Origin: Dehalococcoidia bacterium
GTDB taxonomy: Bacteria; Chloroflexota; Dehalococcoidia; Lucifugimonadales; Australimonadaceae
Direction: 5' to 3'
Length of the DNA: 64,000 nt
NCBI GenBank assembly: GCA_034423175.1
Contig: DAOUJA010000062.1
Location: 64,526-128,525 of the forward strand
Shown here: in pieces, positions 16,639 to 26,490 of the stretch
Layout of the letters: every line of letters begins with the position of its first letter
Numbering within the stretch: position 1 is the stretch's first letter
Notes under the pieces: generated by a model
What the model was told of the DNA's origin: nothing
Databases searched by the model: none
The model's input: only the letters and a program-made list of their open reading frames with translations
Translations under genes and position numbers: made by a program

Positions 16639-16885
16639 AGCGTCTCATCTCCCCAGGGTTGGTCTTCCGCAGGCTGATGACGCGGACAGTGCCGTCTCGC
16701 ATCGTGTAAACCAAGTAGTGCAGCCGGTCGCCGATGTAGCCGTACGCGCCGTAGCGTCGTTCTCCGAAACGCATCTGAACTCTGATCTGCGCCGTCTCCC
16801 AGCGGAATCCTCGTACTTCTTCGAAGTCTACTCCGTGCTTCTCCAGGTTAGTCTGTCGCTTGGTCTCATCCCATTCGTAAGGCAT
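16625..16885 (-). CDS. brnT: BrnT-family ribonuclease toxin
   Basis: MPYEWDETKRQTNLEKHGVDFEEV...GDRLHYLVYTMRDGTVRVISLRKTN is the BrnT (DUF497) signature. An alternative TTG start exists at 16918. Confidence 0.75.
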   Translation of the reverse strand: MPYEWDETKRQTNLEKHGVDFEEVRGFRWETAQIRVQMRFGERRYGAYGYIGDRLHYLVYTMRDGTVRVISLRKTNPGEMRRYAAT

Positions 16886-16887
16886 GT

Positions 16888-16906
16888 CTAGTGTATGTAC
16901 ACCTAG
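16888..16906. promoter_or_regulatory. near-palindrome directly upstream of brnT (candidate operator)
   Basis: CTAGTGTA-TG-TACACCTAG; GTGTA and TACAC are exact reverse complements. Confidence 0.3.
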
Positions 16907-17292
16907 GGTGATGGTCAACGCGAGGCCTGAGCCTCCGCCCTCACCCTACCGCCCTGTGCGTGCCTTCGCGCAAGCCCCGCGTGTCACCGATTACTGACAC
17001 GCGCCCCTTACCCCAACGCCACGCCGCCGCGTACGCTGGTCAGGACGCCCTGCTCATGTCAGGCGGGAGGTGGATGAGACGGGGAAAACCGAATAGCCAG
17101 TGGCCCGGCCGCTGGCGGAGGATTCTCTGCTCGCGTAGGAGTGAGATGGCCCACTTTGGCGCACATTGGCGCACTTTTAGAGCGCCCCGCAGCCTTGTGC
17201 ACTCGTGAGGATTGGCGCAGCAGGAGTGGTCAGGCAGGGGCGTTGCCGTGCCACCCTCTCCTGGTCCCGGCCATCCTGGGAGTCCCGGTGGC

Positions 17293-18777
17293 CTAGCCGC
17301 CCCCGTTCCTCCCGGCCCGCCGCACGTCCTTGCGGACCTTGCCGTCGGCGGTGAAGAGTTGCGGCCAGTTGGAGCGCAGCTCGGCGGCGTGCTCCTGGGT
17401 GGCGCGGGCGACCGGCGGAAACGTCGCGAGGCGCTCGTAAGGGCGGCACGCGTCGATGATCATGCGGTTGTTGTAGTAGCGCGGCCCCTCGTCGCCGGCG
17501 TACGCCATGGGGTCGAGCGACGTGCTCCACATGCGCTTCACGATATCGATGTCGTCCGTCACCTCGGTGCGCGTGCAGAGCGCCCACAGCACCTCGTTCG
17601 TGTCCGTGGGGTCGATGTCGTCGTCGACCACGATGACGAACCGGTTGGCGTACGCGCCCGCATGCACGGCGGTCGTCGCGTGCCCCACCTGCTTCGCGTG
17701 GCCGGGGTACATCTGCTTGATGGAGATGACGTTCAGGAACCGCCCGCCGCCGGCCTCGTGCGACCACGCGCCGACGATGCCGGGCACGCCCGCGCGCTCC
17801 AGCTCGTTCCAGAGCATCGCGGCGCGCAGGGGACTGCGGAAGTAGGTGTTGTCGTTCGGGGGCTTGCCCGGCAGGCAGCCGAGCACGATGGGGTCGTTCC
17901 GCCAGTTGACGGACTTCACGTTGATGATGGGCATGTCGCGCTCGCCGCTGGCGTAGTAGCCCGTCCACTCGCCGAACGGCCCCTCCTGGTGGAACTGGTC
18001 CGGCGGGATCTCGCCCTCGATGACGATCTCGGACGTCGCGGGGACGGGCAGGCCGGTCAGCGGCGCGGCAACGACGTCCAGCGGCTCGTTGCGGATGCCG
18101 CCTGCTACCGCGAACTCGTCCTCGCCGTAGTCGACCTCGAGCCCCCCGAGCAGCAGCAGCAGCGGGTCCTGCCCGAACGACACGGCAACGGGGCACGCCT
18201 CGCCCTTCGCCCAGTACTTCTCGCGGATCATGCGTCCGTGCTTGCCCGGCGAGATCATGATGCCGAGCGTGTTCTTGTCGTGCACCTGCACGCGGTACGT
18301 GCCGGCGTTCACCCAGCCGGTGTCCGGGTCGCGCATGATGACGATGTTGCCGGTGCCCAGGAAGTTGCCGCCGTCCTCGGCGTGCCAGAACGGGGCCGGG
18401 AACTGCGTCACGTCCACCTCGGCGTCGACCTGCCGGTTGTCGAGGATGGGCCCGTCCTCGACCTGCCTCGGCGCGATGGGCGTGAACTCCTTGAGGCGGT
18501 CGCGCCACGTCCGGACGAACTCCTGCCGCGTCAGGTGCGTGGGAAGGTCGAGGCTCAGGCAGATGCGCGGCAGCGACGTGAGGACGTTCGAGAGCAGCCG
18601 GTAGCTCTCCGGGTGGCCCTTGATCTTCTCGAAGAGCAGGGCGGGGTTCTCCATGTCCCACTGGTAGAGGTCGGTGAGGCCGCCGATCTCGAGGTTCGGG
18701 TCGGCGCCCTCGATGCAGGTCAGCTCGCCGATCTCCTCGATGCGCCCGATCCACTCACGCAGGTCCTGCACTGGCAT
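17293..18777 (-). CDS. UbiD-family (prFMN-dependent) decarboxylase
   Basis: 494 aa starting MPVQDLREWI..IEE.GEL..I.. and matching the UbiD layout over its full length. Confidence 0.85.
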   Translation of the reverse strand: MPVQDLREWIGRIEEIGELTCIEGADPNLEIGGLTDLYQWDMENPALLFEKIKGHPESYRLLSNVLTSLPRICLSLDLPTHLTRQEFVRTWRDRLKEFTPIAPRQVEDGPILDNRQVDAEVDVTQFPAPFWHAEDGGNFLGTGNIVIMRDPDTGWVNAGTYRVQVHDKNTLGIMISPGKHGRMIREKYWAKGEACPVAVSFGQDPLLLLLGGLEVDYGEDEFAVAGGIRNEPLDVVAAPLTGLPVPATSEIVIEGEIPPDQFHQEGPFGEWTGYYASGERDMPIINVKSVNWRNDPIVLGCLPGKPPNDNTYFRSPLRAAMLWNELERAGVPGIVGAWSHEAGGGRFLNVISIKQMYPGHAKQVGHATTAVHAGAYANRFVIVVDDDIDPTDTNEVLWALCTRTEVTDDIDIVKRMWSTSLDPMAYAGDEGPRYYNNRMIIDACRPYERLATFPPVARATQEHAAELRSNWPQLFTADGKVRKDVRRAGRNGGG

Positions 18778-18848
18778 GTCGCCCTCCTTTGTCCGGCGAT
18801 TCTACCCGAACAATGCACATCGATGGACAGGATGGACAGGGGAGGGTG

Positions 18849-19871
18849 CTACACCTTGGGGCAGGCGACCCAGTGCCCGGGGCGGAGCTCCCGCAACTCC
18901 GGAACGTCCACGGAGCAGTCTTCCTGCGCTATGGGGCAGCGCGGGTGGAAGACGCAGCCGCTCGGAGGGTTGAGCGGGCTCGGGACCTCGCCGATGATGA
19001 TCTGCCGCGGGCGTGAAGCCTCGACGGCCGGGTCGGGCACGGGCACGGCGGAGAGGAGCGCCTTCGTGTAGGGGTGAAGCGGGTTGGCGTAGATGTCGTC
19101 GCGCGGAGCGATCTCCACGATCTTGCCGAGGTACATCACCGCGATGCGGTCGGCGACGTGCCTGACGACGGCGAGGTCGTGGGCGATGAAGAGGTAGGTG
19201 AGGCCGAGCTGGTTCTGGAGGTCCTTGAGCAGGTTGATGATCTGCGCCTGGATGGAGACGTCGAGCGCGGAGACAGCCTCGTCGCAGACGATCAGGGAGG
19301 GGTCGACGGCGAGGGCGCGCCCGATGCCGATGCGCTGACGCTGGCCTCCGCTGAACTCGTGCGGGTAGCGGGAGGCCATGCTGGGGTCGAGGCCGACGAG
19401 AGAGAGTATCTCGGAGACGCGCTCGCGCGCCTGCCGGGGATTGGACGCCAGCCGGTGGATCTTGAGAGGCTCCCCGATGATCTGCCCCGCGGTCATGCGC
19501 GGGTTGAGCGAGCTGTACGGGTCCTGGAAGACCATCTGCATCTGCTTGCGCAGCTCCCGCATCCGGCCGCCGCGGATGTCGGTGAGGCTCTCGCCCCGGA
19601 AGTGCATCTGGCCGGACGTGGGGTTGTAGAACCTGAGCACGCAGCGCCCCAGCGTGGTCTTGCCGCACCCCGACTCGCCCACGAGTCCGAGCGTCTCGCC
19701 GGGCTGGATGGAGAACGTGACGCCGTCCACGGCCTTCACGGTGCCGACGGTCCTCCTGAAGACGACGCCGGTGGTGACCGGGAAGTGCATCCGCAGGTCG
19801 TTGACCTCCAGTATGGGGCCGGTCGCCCCGTTGGAGGCCGTGGTGTCGGGAGGATTGGTCACTTCAGTCAT
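18849..19871 (-). CDS. oligopeptide/dipeptide ABC transporter ATP-binding protein (OppF/DppF-like)
   Basis: Walker [10 protein letters not shown], signature FSGGQRQR, and an Opp C-terminal Cys-containing tail. 4-nt overlap with the upstream ATPase gene. Confidence 0.85.
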   Translation of the reverse strand: MTEVTNPPDTTASNGATGPILEVNDLRMHFPVTTGVVFRRTVGTVKAVDGVTFSIQPGETLGLVGESGCGKTTLGRCVLRFYNPTSGQMHFRGESLTDIRGGRMRELRKQMQMVFQDPYSSLNPRMTAGQIIGEPLKIHRLASNPRQARERVSEILSLVGLDPSMASRYPHEFSGGQRQRIGIGRALAVDPSLIVCDEAVSALDVSIQAQIINLLKDLQNQLGLTYLFIAHDLAVVRHVADRIAVMYLGKIVEIAPRDDIYANPLHPYTKALLSAVPVPDPAVEASRPRQIIIGEVPSPLNPPSGCVFHPRCPIAQEDCSVDVPELRELRPGHWVACPKV

Positions 19872-20869
19872 CCCTGGCCCGCTTTCGCCCTGGCGCCGAG
19901 TTCGTCGGCTATGAAGCAGGCCGCGTAGTGGCCCTGTACGGTCTCCCTGAGTTCCGGCGCCTCCTCCAGGCACTTCTCCCGCGCGTACGGGCACCGGGGC
20001 TGGAAAGCGCAGCCGGGAGGGAGGTCAACGAGGTTCGGAGGCTGCCCGTCCACCTGCACGAGCCGCTCGGTGACCGGGAGGTCGAGGCGCGGCACGGACG
20101 ACATGAGGCCGAGGGTGTAGGGGTGGCGCGGGTCTCCATAAACTTCCGCTGCGCTTGAGCGCTCCACGATCCTGCCCGCGTACATGACGTTGACGCGGTC
20201 GGCGTAGCGGGCGACGACGCCCAGGTTGTGGGTGATGATGACCAGAGCGACGCCGCGCTCCTCCGTGAGCCGCTTCATCAGCTCCAGGATCTGCGCCTGC
20301 ACGGTGACGTCCAGCGCGGTCGTGGGCTCGTCGGCTATGAGAACGGCGGGGTTGCAGCTGAGCGCCATGGCGATCATGACCCGCTGGCGCATGCCGCCGC
20401 TGAAGTGGTGCGGGAACTGGGCCAGCCGACGCTCCGGGTCCGAGATCTCCACGGAGGCGAGGAGTTCGCGCGCCCGCGCGTTGGCATCGTACCTGCTGAG
20501 CCCCAGCTCGGTGATGAGCGGCTCGGTCAGCTGCCTGCCGATGGAGAGAACGGGGTTCAGGGAGGTCATGGGCTCCTGGAAGATCATGCCGATCGCGCGT
20601 CCGCGGATGCGCCGCATCTCGTCCAGGCTCAGCTCGAGCAGGTCGTGCTCTTTGTAGAGCACCCGGCCGCTGACGATGCGTCCCGGAGGAGTGGGGATGA
20701 GGCGCATCACGGAGAGCGCGGTAACGCTCTTTCCGCACCCGCTCTCGCCCACGAGGCCGAGCGTTTCGCCCTCTTCGACGGTGTAGGAGACGCCGTCGAC
20801 GGCCTTTACCAGGCCGCCTTCGGTGTCGAAGTAGGTCCGCAGGTCTTCTATCTCGAGAACGACGCTCAT
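19868..20869 (-). CDS. oligopeptide/dipeptide ABC transporter ATP-binding protein (OppD/DppD-like)
   Basis: Walker A GESGCGKS, signature FSGGMRQR, Walker B LIADEPT. Confidence 0.85.
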   Translation of the reverse strand: MSVVLEIEDLRTYFDTEGGLVKAVDGVSYTVEEGETLGLVGESGCGKSVTALSVMRLIPTPPGRIVSGRVLYKEHDLLELSLDEMRRIRGRAIGMIFQEPMTSLNPVLSIGRQLTEPLITELGLSRYDANARARELLASVEISDPERRLAQFPHHFSGGMRQRVMIAMALSCNPAVLIADEPTTALDVTVQAQILELMKRLTEERGVALVIITHNLGVVARYADRVNVMYAGRIVERSSAAEVYGDPRHPYTLGLMSSVPRLDLPVTERLVQVDGQPPNLVDLPPGCAFQPRCPYAREKCLEEAPELRETVQGHYAACFIADELGARAKAGQG

Positions 20870-20879
20870 CGCGTACAGA

Positions 20880-21572
20880 CTACTCCCGGCCCGTCACAGG
20901 GCGGGAGGCCCGCACCTCGTCAAGGACCCATGCGTATTCTTCCGACCCTACCCGCACGTCAACCGCCCGCTCGTCGCGCTGCTCCGCCAACCAGTCCTCC
21001 AACTCCTCGAACCCGCCCAGCGTTTCGATGAAGCGTTCCCTCAGGATATCCGCCTCGACGAACTGCCGGTATTCGTCGTCGTCGATGCCGCGCTCGGTAA
21101 GGAAGCGGATGTACGCCTCGCGGAAGAGCCTGTCGACCTCGCCAGTGACAGCCGTGTCGCTGCCGGAGCCTGGCTGGAAGCGTTCGCGCAGCCTCGCGTC
21201 CAGGTCGGCCTGCGTGACCGCGAGTCCCATCGCCGGCGCCGCCGCCCGCATCAACTCGAGGTCGACGCGCGCGTCGGACATGACGAACGGCGCCCGGCCC
21301 AGTTCCGCTTCAGGGCTGGGGTTGCCGGATATCAGGTCCCGGACGACGATGGCCCGTGCCAGCTCTCCCGTTGTCATGACTGTCTGTCCATCGATCCTCA
21401 CTATCCATTCCCTAGCCGGAGCGACCACCTCCCGGTAGTAGCTCAATCCCAGCACCACCCCCACGAGTGCGATGCCCAGAAGGGTCGCCACGAGCGCCAC
21501 CACGCCGCGTCGCGCGCCTGCCGTTCGGGAAGGCCTCGCTCCGCCGGCCGTTGCGAGGCTGTCATTGCTCAA
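20880..21572 (-). CDS. membrane-anchored hypothetical protein (SurA N-terminal-domain-like)
   Basis: One TM helix (VALVATLLGIALVGVVLGL) followed by a helical soluble region. The TTG start at 21572 was chosen because it avoids overlapping the permease gene; the start is uncertain. Confidence 0.4.
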   Translation of the reverse strand: MSNDSLATAGGARPSRTAGARRGVVALVATLLGIALVGVVLGLSYYREVVAPAREWIVRIDGQTVMTTGELARAIVVRDLISGNPSPEAELGRAPFVMSDARVDLELMRAAAPAMGLAVTQADLDARLRERFQPGSGSDTAVTGEVDRLFREAYIRFLTERGIDDDEYRQFVEADILRERFIETLGGFEELEDWLAEQRDERAVDVRVGSEEYAWVLDEVRASRPVTGRE

Positions 21573-21585
21573 CGCCGCCGACCAC

Positions 21586-22488
21586 CTACGTTCCGCGCAG
21601 CCTGGGATCGAATGCGTCGCGCAGAGCATCGCCGAGGAAGGAGAAGCTGAACACGACGAAAGCCAGGGCCAGTCCGGGGAATACGGACAGCCAAGGGGCT
21701 GCCTCCAGGTTCCCCCGCGACCCGGCGAAGATCATGTTGCCCCAGGAGGCGTGGGGAGGCGGAACGCCCAGGCCGAGGTAGCTGAGGCTGGCCTCCACGA
21801 CGATCGCGGTGCCCAGGTACCCCGTCGCCAGGACGAATACCGGGGCGAGAGCGTTCGGCAGGATGTGCCGGAGCATGATCCGGATGTGACTGGCGCCGAT
21901 CGAGAGCGCGGCAAGCACGTACGGCTCTTCCTTGATGGAGAGCGCCGACGAGCGGGCCAACCGGACAACCCGCGGGGCGAATACGACCGCGATGGCCAGG
22001 ACCACGTTGTTGAGCGACGCCCCGATCGCGACGACCATCACCATCGCGAGGATGAGTCCGGGGAAGCCGAGCAGCATGTCCACGACCCGCTGGATGACGA
22101 GGTCCACCACGCCTCCCAGGTACCCCGACGCCACGCCTATCAGCATCCCCACCACCGTGGCCAGGCCGACGGACGCGAAGCCGACGTAGAGCGAGATGCG
22201 GGCCCCGTAGAGTACCCGCGAGAGGACGTCCCGCCCGAAGTTGTCCGCGCCGAGCCAGTACTGGCTGGACGGAGCAGCCAGCTTGTTGGGGATGTCCTGG
22301 GCCAGCGGGTCGTACGGAGCGATCAGCGGCGAGAGGATGGCTACCGTGCTCATCAGCAACAGCAGCACGCCGCCGGCGAAGCCGAGCGGATAGTGCCGCG
22401 CGAAGAATGTCACCCGCCGCCGAACGCGGTACAGCGTGCCGCGCTCCGCGTTCGCGAGGGTCCCCCTGGCAACTCCGGCCTGAATCAT
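21586..22488 (-). CDS. ABC transporter permease (OppC/DppC-like)
   Basis: 300 aa with six TM helices and a BPD_transp_1-type loop. Confidence 0.85.
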   Translation of the reverse strand: MIQAGVARGTLANAERGTLYRVRRRVTFFARHYPLGFAGGVLLLLMSTVAILSPLIAPYDPLAQDIPNKLAAPSSQYWLGADNFGRDVLSRVLYGARISLYVGFASVGLATVVGMLIGVASGYLGGVVDLVIQRVVDMLLGFPGLILAMVMVVAIGASLNNVVLAIAVVFAPRVVRLARSSALSIKEEPYVLAALSIGASHIRIMLRHILPNALAPVFVLATGYLGTAIVVEASLSYLGLGVPPPHASWGNMIFAGSRGNLEAAPWLSVFPGLALAFVVFSFSFLGDALRDAFDPRLRGT

Positions 22489-22507
22489 GGATTCCCCCCG
22501 TAGCCGA

Positions 22508-23467
22508 TCAACCGTAGCTGATCCGCGGGTCTATCTTTGCGTAGATGATGTCGATGATGACGTTCAGCGTAAGCATCAGCGTCACGAGGAGCATCACGAG
22601 GCTCTGGATGACCGGGTAGTCCCGCTCGGTCGCCGCCTGTACGACGCCCTGTCCTATGCCGGGCAGGGAGAACACGGTCTCCAGGATGACCGTACCGGAC
22701 AGGAGCGTGGCCAGCTGCAGCCCCCCGAGCGTAAGGACCGGGATCATGGCGTTGGGGAGCGCGTGGCGCAGGACGACGGCGCGCTCGCGCAGGCCGCGGC
22801 TGCGGGCCGTGCGAACGTAGTCCTGCCTGAGCACCTCGAGCATGGTGGAGCGGGTGACCCGCGTCAGGTAAGAACTGTAACCCCAGGCAAGGATCAGGGC
22901 TGCCCAGATGATCTTGAGCATATGCTGGACCGGGTCCTCCCAGAGGTCGAGGTAGAAGATGGGCGGCGTCCAGGCGAAGAAGATGAGCATGATCAGGATG
23001 AGCATCAGCGCTATCCAGAAGTTGGGGAGCGCGGTACCCGCCACGGTGACGACGCGCACGAAGTAGTCCGGCAGCCGGTTCTGGTACATCGCTGCGATGA
23101 CGCCGGAAGGGATGGAGACGGCCCACGCGATGAGCGTGGTCCATGCGGCGAGCTCCAGGGTGACGGGCAGCCGCCGCGCGATGATCTCAGAGATGGGTTC
23201 GCGGCTGACGATGGACGCGCCGCCGAACTCGCCGTTGATCATGCTCCAGACCCAGCGGAAGTACTGGATGACGATGTGATCGTTGAGGCCGAGGCGCTGG
23301 CGCAGGTCCTCGGCCTGCGCCAGCGCCCTGGGGGTGGTCTGGTCGCCCCCCAATATCACCTGCGTTACATCGCCCGGCAGCACCCTCATTATGGCGAAGA
23401 TGGCCAGCGACGCCAGGAACAGCGTCGGGAAGTAGAGCAGCACCCGACGGCCGATGTAGCGCCTCAT
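22508..23467 (-). CDS. ABC transporter permease (OppB/DppB-like)
   Basis: 319 aa starting MRRYIGRRVLL..P.L...S...F and containing ..RTARSRGL.E..V...HALPNA..P. Confidence 0.85.
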   Translation of the reverse strand: MRRYIGRRVLLYFPTLFLASLAIFAIMRVLPGDVTQVILGGDQTTPRALAQAEDLRQRLGLNDHIVIQYFRWVWSMINGEFGGASIVSREPISEIIARRLPVTLELAAWTTLIAWAVSIPSGVIAAMYQNRLPDYFVRVVTVAGTALPNFWIALMLILIMLIFFAWTPPIFYLDLWEDPVQHMLKIIWAALILAWGYSSYLTRVTRSTMLEVLRQDYVRTARSRGLRERAVVLRHALPNAMIPVLTLGGLQLATLLSGTVILETVFSLPGIGQGVVQAATERDYPVIQSLVMLLVTLMLTLNVIIDIIYAKIDPRISYG

Positions 23468-23474
23468 GGTCTAT

Positions 23475-25298
23475 TTACTTGTCAAGCCATACCGTGGCGA
23501 AATCCAGGTAGGACATGATCTGCTCCGGCGGGTGCAGCCGGCCCTTGACCCACGAGCGGTAGGGGATGTGGGCAAGGTTGCCTGCTATCGGCACACCGTA
23601 GTACTGATCGAGCAGCCAGTACCGTTCGAACTCCTGCCAGATCGCCTTGCGCTCCTCGAAGTCGTTGGTCGCCTTCAAGCGGTCGAAGTAGCCCTTCACG
23701 TTCGGGTCTTCGTGCTTGACGATGGCCGCCTTGCTCTCGCTGTACGGGAGGAATGCCGGTTCGTTCGGTTCCGGCAGGTGGCTGGAGATGCCGGCGGCAC
23801 TCTGCACGGCGCCGTAGTCGAGCGTCTGGCCCGCGGCGGTCCATGCAGGAGCGTCCATCAGTTCGAGGTGCATCGTCACGTTCAGTCCCGCCAACTGGGC
23901 TGCAAGGAACTCACAGCGGTCCGGCCATGCTCCCGTGGACAGACAGTTGTAAGTGACCTCGAAGCCGTCGGCGTAGCCCGCCTCCTCCATGAGGCTCATC
24001 GCTTCGGCGCGGTCGGCCTCCTTGGTGTCGGGGTTCCAGCCCGGCCAGGTCAGGACGTCCGGGCTGGAGAACGGGTTCGTCGGGTTGAGCAGACCGCCGA
24101 TCAGGCCGAACCCACCGGCAACGGCGTCGATGGACTGCTGGCGGTCGATGTAGAGCGAGGCAGCCTTGCGGACGCGGATGTCCTGCCACGGGCCCTCCTT
24201 GAGGAGGTTCCAGGCGAGGCCGCCGCCGCTGCCGGTGCCGAAGCCGGACGGGACCCTGACCACGTAGAAGTCGTCGCCGAGGTCCTGGAGGTACTGCTCG
24301 TACCGCGGCTTCGTCAGGATGTAGCCGAAGCCGGGCGAGCCGCCGTCCAACTGGCCGGTGCGGATGGCTGCGTCCATCACGTCCGGGCTGGTCATGATGG
24401 CGAAGTCCATGCCTTCCATGTAGGGCAGGGAGAAGCCGTCTTCGTCAGTTTCCCAGTAGTCCGGGTTGGCGGTGACGTGCATCACGCTACCCTTGTCGTA
24501 GCTCTGGAAGACGAACGGGCCGAGACCCATCATGCCAACGTCGAGCGGCGCGACCTCCATGTTGCCCGCCTGGAGTTCCGGCTCCGTGAGGTGGCGGGGG
24601 TGCCCGATGGTGAAGTACGGGGTGAAGAGCACGTCCAGGAAGAGCGGGTTGCCCTCCTTGAGCGTGATCCTGAGCGTGTTGGCGTCCACGACGGTCGTGT
24701 TGTCGTACTCGCCCATGCGGTTCCCGTACCAGGCGGGTGCGCGCTCACCGGCGGAGCTCGAGTAGCCCTCGAACACGAGGTCGAGCCAGAACTTGAGGTC
24801 CTCGGCGGTCAGCGGGTTCCCGTCGTGCCACTGCACGCCTTCGCGCAGGGTGAACGTCCACTCGGTGAAGTCGTCGTTGTTCTCCCAGCTCGTGGCGAGA
24901 GCGGGACAGACGGCGTAGACGTCGTCGAGACAGGGGCGAACGAGGTTGCCGCTGCCCCAGACCGGCGCGCCCATCTGGTTCAGGTCGTACCAGATAGTGG
25001 TCGCCATCATGTCGAAGTTCGCGGGCGGGTCGCGCCGCACTGCGAACTTGCCGGTGCCTCCGGCCTTGTCCGACACGCCCGGGGTGGGTGTGGCGGTCGG
25101 CTCCGCAGGCTCCGGCGCCATGGTGGCGCCGGGTTCCGGCGTCGCCGTGGGGGCGGCCGGCGCCGAGGTGGCCGTAGGCGTCGCCGTGGGGTCCTCGCTG
25201 GTGCATGCCACGACTCCGAACGCCGCAGCAAGGACAAGCAGGACGGCTGCGAGCCTCCAGTTGAGCCGCAAAATCATCGATCTGTCGGACTTCTGCAT
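23475..25298 (-). CDS. ABC transporter substrate-binding lipoprotein (family 5, Opp/Dpp type)
   Basis: Signal peptide with lipobox (..FGVVAC), a Pro/Thr/Ala-rich linker, then an SBP_bac_5-type body. ATG at 25298 preceded by GGGAGGA. Confidence 0.85.
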   Translation of the reverse strand: MQKSDRSMILRLNWRLAAVLLVLAAAFGVVACTSEDPTATPTATSAPAAPTATPEPGATMAPEPAEPTATPTPGVSDKAGGTGKFAVRRDPPANFDMMATTIWYDLNQMGAPVWGSGNLVRPCLDDVYAVCPALATSWENNDDFTEWTFTLREGVQWHDGNPLTAEDLKFWLDLVFEGYSSSAGERAPAWYGNRMGEYDNTTVVDANTLRITLKEGNPLFLDVLFTPYFTIGHPRHLTEPELQAGNMEVAPLDVGMMGLGPFVFQSYDKGSVMHVTANPDYWETDEDGFSLPYMEGMDFAIMTSPDVMDAAIRTGQLDGGSPGFGYILTKPRYEQYLQDLGDDFYVVRVPSGFGTGSGGGLAWNLLKEGPWQDIRVRKAASLYIDRQQSIDAVAGGFGLIGGLLNPTNPFSSPDVLTWPGWNPDTKEADRAEAMSLMEEAGYADGFEVTYNCLSTGAWPDRCEFLAAQLAGLNVTMHLELMDAPAWTAAGQTLDYGAVQSAAGISSHLPEPNEPAFLPYSESKAAIVKHEDPNVKGYFDRLKATNDFEERKAIWQEFERYWLLDQYYGVPIAGNLAHIPYRSWVKGRLHPPEQIMSYLDFATVWLDK

Positions 25299-25324
25299 GG
25301 GTCTCCTCCCTGGACGGATGTGGA

Positions 25325-26389
25325 TCAGAGGGCGTACAGAGTGCGGGCGTTGATGTCCAGTATCTTGTCGACCGAGACAGCCGGCGCCTTTCCACTCTGC
25401 TTCAGTACTTTCAATGCTTCCAACTCGGACGAGGTGTCGTTGTGGCCGTAGTCCGAGCCTATGACGATGTTGTCGTCGCCGACCGTGTCCAGTACCCAGT
25501 CGAGGTCGTCGGCGGTCTGGCAGGCGACGTACATGTTGTTCTCGCGGAGGATGTCCTGCGCGGGCCAGGGCCTGCCGGCCTTCTTGAAGCGCAGCATCAT
25601 GTCGTTGAGCGCGTAAGGCACCCACTCCGCGGATACCTCAACGAATGCCCAGCGCAGGTCCGGGAAGCGCGATGGCGTCCCCTTCATGAGCAGGTCGTGG
25701 AATGCGCCCACCACCGGCAGCTTGAAGGTGGAGAAGCCCGCGTCCGTCTGGAAGAGGTCGAACTGCGAGAAGTTGCCGGAGGTCGCGTGGACGCACATGG
25801 GCAGGCCGATCTCGGACGCCTCGTTGTAGATGGGGTCGAAGTACGTGTCGGAGAGGCGCCGGTCGCCCTCGACGCTGTGCATGAAAAAGCCGCACGCGCC
25901 ATGGTCCTTGGCCCAGTGCATCTCCTCGATAGCGACGTCGCGGCTCATGTACGGCAGCATCGCCACGTAGCGGAGCCGTCCGTCGCCCTTGGAGTAGATG
26001 TCGTCCATCCAGCGATTGTAGCTCCGGTAGAGCGCTACCTCGACCTCCGGGCGGCGCGTGAGGGGCCTCAGGAACACGGTGGGATAGAGGACGTGGACGT
26101 CCACTCCCAGCTCGTCCATGTGGGCGAGGCGCTGCTCGATGTCGGCCACTTCCGCGGCCTCTTCCGTCACCTCGACGGAGCGGAAGTTTGACCGCTTCTG
26201 AACGGCGCGGCCCTCGATGACCCAGTACTCGCTCACTATGCTGCGGCGCCCGGCGAAGCCGCCGGACAGGTTGGCTTCTCCCGTCTTCGGGACGACCACG
26301 AACGGGCGGAAGTCCTGCTCATGATCGCGCATGAACTCCCACGTCCGTTCGCTCTCGATCACGTGTGCATCCGAGTCAACAATGGCCAT
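25325..26389 (-). CDS. amidohydrolase-2 family protein (ACMSD-like metal-dependent hydrolase/decarboxylase)
   Basis: MAIVDSDAHV.E.. at the N-terminus and ..IVIGSDYGH.D.. near the C-terminus. GGGAGG lies upstream of the ATG at 26389. Confidence 0.7.
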   Translation of the reverse strand: MAIVDSDAHVIESERTWEFMRDHEQDFRPFVVVPKTGEANLSGGFAGRRSIVSEYWVIEGRAVQKRSNFRSVEVTEEAAEVADIEQRLAHMDELGVDVHVLYPTVFLRPLTRRPEVEVALYRSYNRWMDDIYSKGDGRLRYVAMLPYMSRDVAIEEMHWAKDHGACGFFMHSVEGDRRLSDTYFDPIYNEASEIGLPMCVHATSGNFSQFDLFQTDAGFSTFKLPVVGAFHDLLMKGTPSRFPDLRWAFVEVSAEWVPYALNDMMLRFKKAGRPWPAQDILRENNMYVACQTADDLDWVLDTVGDDNIVIGSDYGHNDTSSELEALKVLKQSGKAPAVSVDKILDINARTLYAL

Positions 26390-26490
26390 GGTGTGCCTCC
26401 CGGCAGCCTCCACCGTCACAGGTATGAGCGACTATATGCCCCGGCTGGGGGGCAGTCAATGTACGGGACCTCGTCCGGGCCGTTGCGCCG

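Noticed and set aside
16960-17208. 82-aa ORF in the non-coding end of the BrnTA cassette.
   Set aside because: It has no ribosome-binding site, its composition is Arg-rich, and it resembles no family. The region is better described as non-coding DNA carrying the TTGGCGCA repeats.
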